A stretch of DNA of 64,000 bases from Marsupella aquatica. Taxonomy: Eukaryota; Plantae; Marchantiophyta. Position numbers and translations under genes: made by a program. The stretch spans positions 22,419,455-22,483,454 of the forward strand of contig OZ316897.1 in assembly GCA_973895155.1 (NCBI GenBank), given 5' to 3'. Shown here piece by piece: positions 49,820-62,877 of this stretch. The notes under the pieces are model-generated. The model saw only the letters and a program-made list of their open reading frames with translations, made no database searches and was not told the origin of the DNA. Positions within the stretch are counted from its first letter, which is position 1. Each line of letters begins with the position of its first letter.

Positions 49820-52534
49820 GTGCTCCACGTATGTCTGCCCTCACTCTGAATGATCACACTCAGCATGTCTAGAGCTGTCGGCCAATGCTACTGAATGACA
49901 ATAAGAAGCCGAATGCGTTGATTGGCCTTTCTCAAAGCCACATCACTCGATACAAGCCACATTTCTTTCTATGATATCCACACAATACGATTACTAACTA
50001 TGATGATAAATTACGAGGGATGGAGACAATGGAATCGACTGAACACTCATCAAAGGAAAAAGGAAAGTTACAAATACGGTAAAGACTCAAATAACTTGAC
50101 CGAAAGGGCAAACGAACTGAAGACAGTGTCACAGATCCAGAGACATGCACGGTGGAGGAAAAACAACGACAAGAGAGAACCAAGAAAACGAAAATAAGAG
50201 TAACGTGCAGCCGAAGAACACTTGCAACGCCGAAAATGACTGGGTGGAACACCTAATTCCGAGAGACACTAATATTTTGTTTTAAATTTTATTTGAGAGA
50301 CACTAATATTAAGACAAGGAATAATAATTTGAAGGTAAGGACTTACTTCCCGCAAGCGCAATTTGAATATGTGCGACCGATTTCCAAACCTAGACCAACT
50401 ATTTAGTAAGTTTAAATGCATAATCGGTGCAAAATGGATCAAGCAGCGCAGGGAGAGAATTATAGGAGTACCCATGTAGCATCGTCGGCTGACATATATC
50501 GCAAGGCAGGCGATCCGCCGCAGTGTCCTCGCGTGCTTCCGGTAGCATTATCCCCTTCTACAACTCCAAGCCCAGACCAATATCCACTTCTCTGGCGCCA
50601 AGTTCCTGCATTTACGGACTAAATTGAATGCTTCTTGTTCCGTATTTGACTTGTAATTATCCGTCTTCTATGTACAAGTTTGAAAGGATTAGCACCGATT
50701 TACGAAACGGAACAAGACGCCCTCGTATACTGATTTAGTTCGTGTCTGATTCAATTTGTTTTTCGTGACTGATTTTAGATATCCCATATCCCCAGGGGAG
50801 AGAAGGGACAAGGAGTAAACAAAGCTGAAGCACCAGAAGCAAGGAAAGACCGCACGAAGTAACTGGCAAGGGGAACCCAATTCGTAAGCATAGACGCTAT
50901 GTGCAAGTTTCCGAATGAATTGAGCCGACAGGTGGGATTACGAACTTGCCTTGTTACAGCAGGTGACTACGTTAATTGAGTAGCTTTGGCTACAGACCTA
51001 AAGAAAGCTGATGGGGAAGGGCTGAGAAACGTGATGAACTCTGTGCTGTTTTCGATCCAATTGCCTTAAACCCTCCAGGGTCAATGAGCCCTGATGTGAG
51101 AAAACCCCTCAGGTACAAGTGCACCCTGACGTGATCACTTTGCCCTGACGTGAGGGAAACCCCAGCACAAATGATTCGGATGTGACAGATTCCCTCAAGT
51201 ACCAAGTAGCCCTTGGGTGCTAACCACCCACATGGGCAAAGAAGCTCTTACATGGAAGCAAACGGTAGAAGACCAATGTGCCTTTTGGCGCAAACAATGA
51301 GGAACCAACGAGTCGTAAAGTGGTGTTAGGGGCCTCCTGTTGGTTATGAGCCCAGTTGAGCAGGGTAGAGGCGAATTGGACCTTTACTGTAAAAAGGACG
51401 GTGACCGGCTGGGCGTCTAGTCGGTTGGTGATGAGATTGTCACTCAGTCGCGGTCGTTGGCCAACTGACTCCTCCTGCGCTGTTCCTCTCTGGGTGCTCT
51501 CTCTCTACGTAGCGTCTTTAGTTCCCACCTGAGAGTTTCTCTTGAGGAAAAGAAGAGATCAGGAATGGTCAATAGCGATTGATACATTTTCACAGCAGTG
51601 ATCATCTGTCCTGATCATCTTCTATCTCCCTTCACTTCCCCCGCATCCGGCGAGGAACAGAGGCAGTGGAGTTGATGCGAGTTCCTCCATCGTGTGGATG
51701 TTTCCCTGTCTCGTATCAGAGCCCTTTTCTTATCGTCCTCATCTCGACTTCCTTATACCTATGAATTATCTGAAGGAAACAGCGCACTCCTACCTTAGCC
51801 GGCTATGTAATTGCTGTCCCCTCTCTTTACGGAGATTTTCCATTGACTTTCAAATGAACTCAATCTCATTGAATTTTTGCAGCCAGAGACACTCAGTTCA
51901 ATCCCTAAAGCTGGAGCAACTGAATTTAACGTGAAATTCAGCGTGAAATTCTGAAGCGAGGGAAAACCGATTGAATTCAGACACAAATCAGTTTGATCAA
52001 ACTTAGCGTCAATTGAATTCCAGTCCTGAAGTTGGGACAACGTTCTCTGCTTTGTAAAGAATAGGACAGCCGGAGACATGCTCAAAGGAAGAGACCCGAA
52101 CACAGCAGATTCACAAACAGAACGGCAAGGACGAAGAACAGAATACCTTCAAGAGGAAATTTACGTGGATCATGCCCCGCACATGTCTTAGACATTCCAA
52201 TGACCTTTTCCAGAGTGGACATGTCCAACTCACCTCATTGACATGCTAAGTAAGGACAAGGAGTACTCACCAACAAGATTGGAACTCCAGTAAATGTCTC
52301 TGGTTCTTCTAAGGGGCTATTGCTGCTTCATGTCGCTGAGGACAAATATGTGTATCGCCTCTCTACATGTCTCTATCTTTGCATTGATTTATAGCACGGT
52401 CCAAGGATCTCGAGGCTACTTGAGCATGGTGTCTCCTTTACAAGGAAACTGTCCGTGGGAGACAAACTTCATCTTGTGAACTCCAGCCTTTGGTGACTGG
52501 AGAAAACACATTTGCTTGTCTGTTGAGAACGGAG

Positions 52535-55500
52535 ATGGAGTTCAGTCGGGAAGGATGCGATCGCTCAAGGTGGCTGGAACAAGTTGAAAAACCTCTTAAG
52601 CAGATACATATCGTTGACACCATGCCAGACTTTCACTACGATACCAGCCTCAAATCCATGTATATGGACGTTGTGAAACCCACGGAGGACCAGCGGTTTG
52701 TTGCCTGTTCCTGGAAGCTCTTGAAACCTCTGGATCAATCTCTTGACCATCGCTATGATTGCATCCTTTACTCAGTTCTACTATGTTCCTCACATTTTGT
52801 AACCTTGTGGTAGCTTTTTGTCAAATTCCCATTCTCTGGCTACTAAACTGACGTTTTTCCTTGCAATACCGTACGACTGATGGAAACAGTTGAGTCTCCA
52901 AAACTCAGCCTGAAACAAAATAATCTTTCTTTTCAGCTTGGAATTCTTTCTAACCGAATCATTCCCATCATGTCTCAAACCAGAACGAAGTTCCCCAGAC
53001 GAAATCTTTCTATTCAACATAGATTATTTCAAATTGATTAGTGCCGGTCGAGGAATTCAGTAGAATTCAGAGTGCTAGTGATGTGATGTCACGACAGCTT
53101 TAAAGAGACATCCAGAGCATCCAAATTTTCTTGATTTGTTCAACGAGGATTATGCTTACACCTTCGAGGCCTCTCCTTAATTAAGCCACCACCGGCACTC
53201 ATCTGCTTCCAGTCCCTGCTCCATAACTTCAGGAACATGATACTAATTTTGGTGAGTTCTGGTAGTACCAGAACATGCTGGTGACAGTGGTTGTTTAACC
53301 GGCTGATGAATATAAGTGCCAGCCTGCAGGTTTGTGAGTAGAAGGATGCCTTCCACTGTACATACATTATTGTGCCCAGGACAGCAAAGCCATTTTTGAG
53401 GCTTTCCCAGGAGGGGTTTGGTAGTGGTCATTAGAATCATTGCATTTGATATTTTCGAGACTGTTGCATGTCCTCATAGAAAGAATATTTCGTGTGTGGG
53501 TACAGACTCAATCGTTCCAGCAAGACTGGACTGCTATTGAGAGACAGCGAAACAATCAGTGGTCCTTGTTCACTGTCAACAGAAGGTACATCAGTAAAGT
53601 TGTTGCTCTGAGTCTCAATCTTACCGTCTTGCTCATGTTCCTTGCCATTGTTTTTCGTTGTCCCAGTGAGTGCATGGTGAACTTCATAATTACGTGGATG
53701 ACTCGAAGGTACGTAGTGATGGTCAATACGGATCCTAACGTTGTTCCAATTATTTAAATTATGTAGACAACAACCATTCTGAGTCTGTTCCAATCACTTG
53801 CACAGGTATTGCCGGAGCGCAAGTTCCGCCTCTGTACAAATTTACAAATCGTGGTGCTCATGCCGTAAGTCCTCAGACACCGATTCTGGAAAATTTAGAA
53901 AATTTGTTCAACTCAGACGCTTGTATGCTCACACCCTCACCAATTATGCGGAGAGCAAAAGGATATCCCCCACATTATAAATATTTCAGATGCGTAAGGG
54001 AGTTCATCACATAGATGAGGACATTTGGACTTGAATGTGATGCATTTCATCTAACAAAATCATCGTGAGCAGTTCTCAAATCTGCCCAAGACCTGGGAGG
54101 ACCTTCCAAAAAGTACACCAAAAGTTCTAATTCCAGGTAACTTTCAACCCAACGTCATAGATCTATTTATGTGCACTTTCCGTGTATCTCAGTCTCGTAA
54201 TGAGATGGTAGAAAACTTCGTTCACGTAGTAGGCAATTTGATGGACAGATCATAGTCGTCTTTGCAGAGCGAGTGAACCGACCGTCAACTATCCTTGATA
54301 CGACGGACATCAAGGGAACCTCGCCGAATCCAAAGGTACACAAACTTTTTTCTACAGTAGTTTTGCATCTCTACAGTGACAACGTAAGTTCTTCCGACCG
54401 GTGTAAGCAAGAAATTGTCCAAGGGGAATATGTAGACAAATTGCAAGATGGAGCTTGATGATACAGACAAAGATGGAGATTGAATTGTCAGGGTGCCTCA
54501 CCCTTGTTTAATTGAGGATTCAAGCCCTTTTTCTTTTTTGTCCTGAGGAGCTTATAAGTCTAAAGAACTGTGAAGATAGATATAATTTTCGATTAGCAGG
54601 TTTATTACTTTCCCGGATCTGTTTTGTAAAATATTCTGTTTGCAGTGCCACCTAAGCATTTGTTGGCCCACAGTTCTTAGGATTCATTTTCAATTCAGTT
54701 TACATTGAGTTGAGACCTTGACCAAAATTGGCACATAAAGCGCTGAATAATCTTTCTCCTGCTTCAATGTGTGTTCAGAACATGAAACTAGGAGATGAAG
54801 CGCGTAACACAAACCCTATCGATCCACACTACACTCTTCCCTCCTACCCAGAACCGTTTATTCCCCTACCCAAATTTGTGAAGAACAGGTATTAAATTTG
54901 CCTTTACTTGCGATGGAGTCCTCATACGTTTCCAGGGGTGTTATACATTATAAGTCTGTCAGTTGGTATATCTGACAGTAACGAGGACTGAAATTGGTAA
55001 CATATTTAAAACGAGGTTTGCAACAACTAGTATCATGTAGGTCATTGACCAAGAAATGGAAATGAGGAGACACACTAAATCGTTAATCTTGGGTACTTCA
55101 AACAGCTTAGATATAGCTGACATTGAAGGAACTCGACCCTCATCAAGACAAAAGAAGGGTGTTTCTAGATCAGAGGTAAGCTTAAAGTTTGTTTGCCGTA
55201 TCAGTCTTAAAGTTTGAGGAATTGACACACACAAAAATTGAGGCCTTGGGTAGATTCATAGGATCATTTGAGATGTGGAACACTCGTTGTTGACTCTCTT
55301 GCACGAAATCTAGGTAGTGATGCAAATTGTGATGCTCAGTGCTTTTCCCAATGTAGGATATTTTTTTGCATCCAGGAGAGAGGCTCATTACGTGTCATCG
55401 ACATAGAAGGTACTCAACCGGGATGGAAGTCCTATCGGCGCCGAAGTGGTAAGAATTGATTCTCTTCTCAATATTCTTTGCAGGATTCAGAGTAAAACGG

Positions 55501-58500
55501 TACATCCTGTACATGCAAATGACAGAATCATTGTTGGCTGCGGGCTCACACAAATGATCTTAATTCAAAAAAAATCTTTGTCAGGTCTAATCAAAACATA
55601 TTGGTCAGCATTAGTATTATCTCTGGTCTTCAGTACTGTTCAATTCCTCTGAATAATTGTAAAGTCTTTCTCATCTTCGATTTTGATATCTGTGAAGGCT
55701 GAAGTCGTCTGTCTGACTTAGCAGATACTAAATTCTTGATGTCCATAATGTCAAATTTTACTGAAGTATACACAAACAATCCACTGGCATTTCAGGGAAA
55801 GCAAATCACAATTTATCCTTGTATGCGGAGGACATCAATGGCCCTAGGGAGGAGAGAGTAGTACGGCCTCTCACTTCTGAAGTTTATCAAGAGATTGATG
55901 GGTCACACCCCAAGGACCTTACATTACGACGCAGGCCAGGAACCCCACACACCTTGAGCCTCCGAAGCGACGACATTGAGGTGAATATCAATTTAGAACT
56001 GATTGATGTAATGAGTATATACTTCGAGCTTTACATTTTTTGTGTACATTTTGGATGGGCTCGTATGCGTCTTTCCTTATATGAGTAGGGACCGGAAGCA
56101 ATTATGATTCATCCCAGCACATTCGTTCTAGCTTTTGCAATGTGTTGATGCTTTTGCAGCTAAACTCATGATGTATGACCCAGGGTGCATATGCTGGCAG
56201 TGGATCGTGGGAGGGTACAACTAGGAGGAAGAAAGAGTTTGCAAAATGTCATTCGAGGGACTTGGAAGAGCAAAAGGATGCAGAAGATATGGCTGCGCAC
56301 GTCCTGACCACAAGGGTGAAGGTGTTCTTCAAACCTCGTAATTAACTTTACGTAAAACAAAAAATTAAGACTAAACATCACAACATCATCTTGGCGACAA
56401 AATCGTAGCGACACCATGACTAAACACGTCCGTTGGCCAGGCTTGACTTCTTTCACGTTTAGTATTACTCTGCATAATCACAGAAACTGAATGCCTTTCT
56501 GGTTTTCGGCTCTACCCAGGAACAATTGAAGCGTAAGGGGCTGCTGCCGAGGGACGTGGCCACAATATTTCATCAGCTGGACCGGCCAAATAGTGGTCCG
56601 ACCTTACAGCCATCAAAGTTTGCCACTTTTTCTGCATAACTGTATACACAAAGTCTACTTTCCTTTCATGTTCAATATATATTGTGGCGACATGAAAATC
56701 TTCTTCTTTCTACAATTCAGAAATGTGCTATATAACTAAGACGTCAGACTGCACAATGTTGAATAAGTGAGGGAAGATGTTGACAGAGAATGTCCAGCAG
56801 TACACTACCTTTTCGCCTTGTACTTTTTCGAGACATTTCCTACGAGTTTTCGGCTGTCTGACTTTGGTTCGTAGGTTCCCAGTCATGTAAACTAATAGAA
56901 ATGAAGTATCTCCGTCAGGTCTGAAGCTCATTCCCAAGTTGCCAGTCATACTCGAAGTGGGTCCGTGCTCACAAATGAAATTGGATTTATCTGCTTGCAG
57001 GGAAGCTCGACATAAATGAGGTTTCCCGTGCCTTCAAAACTTTAAGGCTGGACGTGGATCCGACTGACTTGGCTTCTATTTCAAAAGCTTTTGTACATCC
57101 AACAGGAGATGGTATGTATATAATCTATGCCTGTTTATGTTTCCAAGTATGACTTGAACGGAGAATTGTACTTGCATTGATGGTTGGTGAATAATTTGTT
57201 TCTCCACATATTCCTGAATTCTCTCTGGTTAGTGTCGTACAGATAGAGAAGCTCATGTTCACAAACCAGTCAACACATTATCAGTAGTTTCTTTTATGGA
57301 TTATCTTTAACAATTAGAAATAGTTGTGGAATAAAAAAAGTAGTTGAGAACATTCATCCTGCGGACCCTACAGTATCAGAATCTGCCTCCTTTGCAGGGT
57401 ATCTTGACTATTGGAAACTAGTGAGACACTTGGTTCCTGTTTATCCGCAACAACGGGGCCTGCAAAGAGATGGCTCCGACAGTGTGGCCAGATCTATGGA
57501 CCAGGGTGTCAAATCTAATACATGCTACAAGCCGTGCTATGATCCAGCATGGGTTGCGGATGTGGTAGCAAGTCGAGAATGTCGTTTACCAGATGGAGAG
57601 TCGGGTACACAATTTCAGGCATTTAATAGTGGCAGACCTGTTACCCATACCCCCTCCAGATACTTAAAAGACCCACCATGCAAAAATGCATTTACACCTG
57701 AGGTATATCAACAGCCCCGAATCCAATCTGTGAACTGCACATCTCACAATAGAACTCAACCTAGTGAAGAGCCCAATAATGCAACGGCAGACAACAAACG
57801 AACTAGACCACCCAATACAAACATGACTCAAAGTGTCTCTAGGGAGGTTCCCCTTTTATCTGTACTTCCAGAATCTATCCCACAGCCAACATGGGTCAAC
57901 AGCGATACTAGCTTTCAAGAGGTCACAAGAAGTAAACCAAAAGAGGTGCGAGGTAGAGACGAGAGCCTCTTTTTTGAGCAGAAGGGTTCGGATTTTTCTC
58001 CTGGAGAAACCAACGCCACTAGCGTGCCCATCTTTTATAAATTGAAGGGGATGAATAACTATGAGACTAAACCTCTGCCCTTTGGTGGTCCTTTTTGGCC
58101 GGGTTTTGTGGATCCCCAGCCTGAGGATATAGCCCCTCATCGGCCAACAGCTCCAAGCAGGAATGGCCCTCTACCCCTGGGTGAGGCATTCTGGTCTGGT
58201 GTAGAGAGACCTCAATCTGCACCAAGAATATCTCTAAGAAGGGACTACCCGGTCCCACCCTTGTTTTCAGACATCAACAGCGAGGTTAACTTGAGAAAAG
58301 CAGGACAGAAGGAAAAAGGGTTGAGGACATGGATTGACACAATTGGGTATGGAGCCTCAGCTACAACCTTTGTGGGAGAGGGAGACCACGTTCTTTCCAG
58401 ACCAGGCATGCAAGGATCTACATTCAGCCGTCCCAGCAGTGCCATTCTACCACATACGGATGCGCACCGAAGTAACTGGACGAGAGGTGATCAGCTTGAA

Positions 58501-58944
58501 TCGAGACCTCAAACAGGAACATCCTTGGCACATTCATGCCCTGGTAGTGATTGGACTGCAGAGGCTGTTCCCAGGGAAAGGCTTAGACCTCAAACAGTAA
58601 ATTCAGTAGCCCGCGGGTCTCCTAGTGAAAACCTCCTCTCTAGTAATTGTGAAAGAAAATTAGTTTCAGCTATGAAAAGGCCTTCTACTGCACAATCGGT
58701 GACTAGCACTGTTCGTTCAGCAGTGACATTCTCTCCTTTGCCCACTCGTCCTTGTACTCCTTATGACCCTAGATCTCCTTGTGTTGTTCGCACTGACCAA
58801 ACACTTAGCACGAGGATAAGAAATCAGTCACAACTTCGTAGCCATGTCAGCAACAGGGAAAAAATCAAAGGCATTCCTGTCAGTACTCAAAGACTTCAGG
58901 CACAACTGTGGGAAGATCTGAGATCTGTCCGTCTTTTAGTTTAA
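52535..58944 (+). CDS. Uncharacterised multi-exon protein: DIxG repeats, EF-hand pair, long Pro/Ser/Arg-rich tail; resolved exons 53480-53585, 53806-53864, 54073-54136, 54268-54335, 54779-54888, 55106-55175, 55376-55448, 55796-55980, 56184-56321, 56520-56595, 57001-57111, 57398-58944; 5' exons near 52535 unresolved
   Basis: Twelve exons splice by GT-AG with consistent phases into one open frame. EF-hand loop DRPNSGKLDINE and a degenerate second loop HPTGDGYLDYWKL. The start codon is tentative. Confidence 0.8.
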
Positions 58945-59797
58945 TAAGTCTCATGTATAGTGAAGCTAATCTTACTGTACACGGCCCTCATGTAGTGTTA
59001 TCATTCTTTCATGCAGCATAATTCTTGGGCAAATGAGTACCTCCCGTAGAATGTTCACAAATTCCTGCAGGTTCCTGCGTTGGCCTGAGCAATGTATTCC
59101 GTGCTTCACCACTAACATGAACGTACATATATACTTATAAAACAGTAGTAAATTGGTTCCGATCCTGGTATATGAATAGCACTCTGTCACAAAGAAGGCT
59201 GTAGAAGAGAGCCATCTCGTCCAAGCAGTCTTACCGAAATTCAGCTGTTCAGTCACATTAGGGGAACAAACGAGTACTGAGAAGCCTGGAATGCATATTT
59301 ATTATTATTCCCGAGGAATTCCTGCTTTTAAATGGCGATAAGGCAACGAAAACGAGCCTAAAGTCTCAATGTGACATTCATCTGCATCCCACAATGCCAA
59401 AAACGACCTGATTTCCCCTACGAAACCAAAGACGGCACCTCGTGAAGCTCTCAACGAGGTCCTCTCTGATGCAAGTGTTTTGAGGTGAGCAAATATAAAC
59501 ACTAGTTCTCCAGCCAGCATCGGTCCGCCAGTATTTTCTGAGTGTGTTTAAACCCTAATTGCTCACCGAGCATCTGTCCACCAGGCTCCCAAACCCACCA
59601 TAGCTCGCCAGAAACACCGAGAATGGATGTTTGGGGCACAGGATGCTCTCAATTGGCTCTCAAGCTCCTTGGTGAAGCTCCAAAGTACCTTAGCTCCTCT
59701 AACAAGCCATCCGTCCTTAATAGAGACCCAAACTGAGCGAGAAACCACTCTGCCACTTGAATCTCAATAGATCCCAAACCAAGAACGAAGAGAGCAC

Positions 59798-60265
59798 TTA
59801 GTTCGTTCTCCACGGCCTGGGTTCGGGAATGGCGAAGGCCATACCATCGAGCTTTTTATCTAGGATGATCTGGCAAGCAAGTCTGGTGTGGTTATCCACA
59901 TCCTGCCCTTTCACTACGGTCTTCGTCAGCACATCCAATTCTGCTTCCGACCTCGGGGGCAACTTCTCCAACCACTCCCCAGGTACACTGATCTCGCATT
60001 CCCCCCCACAAGCCGAAACGTCCTCGAGTTTATGAGATTCCCCCTCAATTAAGTTGTACTTAATAAGAGTACTCAAGAGTGTCCGACTCACCAACCCTCT
60101 CAGAGCGTGTCTCTCACCGTCAATCATTTCGATTGCTGTCAGTTTTATGGTGCTATCCGTCACTTTGGGTGCTGTTTTCCCCACTACAGAAGTGCTGACT
60201 CTTGCCGGTCCGCTCGCATGACGCAGATGAGTCAGCTGAGGTAGTAGCCTCCGCACTGCCGCCAT
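59798..60265 (-). CDS. Mitochondrial complex I ferredoxin-like bridge subunit (C1-FDX type), 155 aa
   Basis: Arg-rich transit-like N-terminus MAAVRRLLPQL; SHKLEDVSACGGECEI...EWLEKLPPRS...HTRLACQ...PEPRPW, with the His/Cys/Cys/Cys ligand pattern of plant complex I ferredoxin rather than the 4-Cys adrenodoxin pattern. Confidence 0.88.
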   Translation of the reverse strand: MAAVRRLLPQLTHLRHASGPARVSTSVVGKTAPKVTDSTIKLTAIEMIDGERHALRGLVSRTLLSTLIKYNLIEGESHKLEDVSACGGECEISVPGEWLEKLPPRSEAELDVLTKTVVKGQDVDNHTRLACQIILDKKLDGMAFAIPEPRPWRTN

Positions 60266-61570
60266 GGCTACTGCCTGCTCCGCAACACAAATAGGGTCCA
60301 ACTGTGTAAATTCCTCAACCAAATTCCCCTGCGGCGACGAGCAACAAACAGCTCGATTTCAGCTTATAATTTCGGAGAAGTAGAAAAAGAAAAAAAAAGA
60401 GAAGAAACAGAAGAAAGACAAAGAAGGATAAGAAATAGAAGGAAAATAAGCGTGACAAGAGGACACCACGAGAATTTCGATGTAGGAGCTAGGAGCTAGA
60501 CGGAGAAGTCTTTTGGTAAATGAAAAAGAAGAAGCAACCCTTGGTACTGAGAGGTGATCCCCTCCGTGTACATTCCACAACCTAATTCCCCTGCAACGAC
60601 GGATTTAACAGAGAGTGGGATCTCAGCTCCGATGACCGAAGAATGAGAAGAACGAGCAGAAGAAGAGTGAAATAGAGCAAGGGTGGATGAACACAGGAGT
60701 AAAATCTTGATCTAGGAGACAGGACGCTACCTGAAGCAATCTCTGGTGCGCGATAAAACACATCCTAGCTACAGAACGGTGAATTTAAATCACATAAAGA
60801 CACGGCCGGCGGCATTAGCGTATGAAGTTCGTTCATACTATCTGTACCCACACTACTCTCGAAGTATGGAGCTCAAATCACATAATGCAAGGGAGTACAG
60901 TGGCAAGGTAAGCTGCTTCGCTTTTAGGGTCCACAGAAAAAAATCAGCGGGACATCGATTGCTCCATTAAAAGCTCATGTGGCTACGCTACATTGTTCAC
61001 TCATGCATATACAATCTACTCGAATCGCTCGAATCGGACCGAGAGCAACAAAAACATCCATAACGCAAAAGATCCGAACACTTCAGTGCAATCCATCAAT
61101 CCATCAATCCATCAATCCATCATTCAATCAATCAATCAAGCATTCAATGTTTAGATTTTCATCTGGGAATCAGATCAAAGAGGAGTCTATTGCAAAAGGA
61201 GGCACGAGTGAGGAATCCAGCCAGTGACTGACCGGCACAGAGGGAGTGATCCGCTTGATCGCAGTAGAGCAACGAAAACGAGGGACAGAGAAGAGCCCAG
61301 CAATCAATCAATCAATTCATTCAATCAATCAATCAAAAAGCGGGCAACAGAATGATTGGAAAAAAATTGAGAAGGAAGGAGTGCGATCAGGAGCAGCCAG
61401 CCAGAGGAACTCACCGACAGGAAGCGATTCGTGCACCGTCTGATCGGAGCAAAGCGAGGCGAAAGGAGAAGACCGTCGAAACAATGTGGAGATTTACAAC
61501 AGGATTGAGTTCGAGGAAAGACTTCCTTCGCTTCCCCTTTTCCTTATTAGACAGAGAGGTCATTCCTGTA

Positions 61571-61938
61571 CACTGATCCCTCTCTAAGTGCACGCTCCGT
61601 AAGCGCAAACCTGGATAAATTGCAACGTGTCCCGTTTTTCCCTCTCTTCCTAAACCATTTTGTTTTCTTTGCACCTTTCGTAAGTGCAAAGAAGGCTGCA
61701 TTAAACGACAGATGTGAAGGTGCCCCATTGCACGTAAATAAGTGCAGGAGGGCCCTTTATTCATTCGCACTTATACATTAATGGACTGCACTAAACGAGA
61801 AATATATAAGTGCCCATTTGCACATCAATAAACGCGGAGTCCAAGCGTTTGCACTCATGATGTAGTGAAACCCCTCACTAAGTGCACGCCAGACGGTTCT
61901 GCCCGGGAGTGTGCACTTAGAGAGAGCTCACAGCAGTG
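61571..61938. mobile_element. Non-autonomous TIR element (368 bp) with CACTG...CAGTG ends and TA flanks
   Basis: Left TA|CACTGATCCCTCTCTAAGTGCACGCTCC versus right GGAGTGTGCACTTAGAGAGAGCTCACAGCAGTG|TA; many internal AAGTGCA/TTGCAC motifs. Confidence 0.7.
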
Positions 61939-62309
61939 TATCACGTTGTTGGTGGGTTAGTGGGACAGTAGGCAAAACAACATGAGATTATTATTGCAAA
62001 GGTTCCATGACATTCTTTGCCCCCTACTACTAGTATAGCCCTCAAATGGACAAAGAGCTGGATAGTTGTGTCAAGAGAGTCATTGACAACAATGTCTTTT
62101 TTTGCCCCAGTAGGGTGAGGGGCAGGAGGGTAAGGTGTTGAGCCACTTAAACCACCACTGGCCTCATATAAGAGGCTTGGGTGGATCCAGGTTTAGGGGT
62201 TCTGTTCTTGTGCAGGCACATATCATTTTGCGCCTTAGTAATGGTCAGAATGGATGCTTGGACCACTAGACCGGCTTGCCCAGTTTTGGCTTGGGTATCT
62301 CTCAATGTC

Positions 62310-62630
62310 AAACCTGTTGCAAAGCTATAGACACAATTCAAACTTTGTGTAAAATCAAGTACTTGGGGTAGAGAATACAACAAAAACCCTGCCTATAGTT
62401 AATCATACATCAAAATGTGCTAATATAGGTGTATACTTATTGATTTAAAGAAAAATAACAAGGTTTATCATGTTATGGAGGGATGTCCTACACACTATAT
62501 GTTGATGTGCCCGATCTGTAATATGAAACACTAGAGTGATCTCTCACTGTTAGACCTGTTGCAAAGTTAGAGCGACAATTCAAACTTTGTCGCTCCAAGT
62601 GTACCTCCAAGTACTTGGGGTAGAGAATTG
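62310..62630 (+). repeat. Two dispersed copies of a ~65-bp motif
   Basis: ACCTGTTGCAAAG...ACAATTCAAACTTTGT...AAGTACTTGGGGTAGAGAAT at ~62312-62376 and ~62554-62627. Confidence 0.75.
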
Positions 62631-62877
62631 TGAAAAAAAACCTCCTTCTCCAGATCAGTGGCCACTTTAATGCAAACTTGTAGCAAAATAATATTGGACC
62701 TTACACACTACTATTAGAGCAAACAACACAAAACTCCATCGCCTTTCCTTTGCAATGGAAACTTACAGCAAAATAATCCAAGACATTGCACACTGATACA
62801 GCAAAACAACACAGGAACATGGTCAGATTGTGTGGATGCACTTCCTAATGTCCGTGTTTCTACTTGAGTGAGATTCC

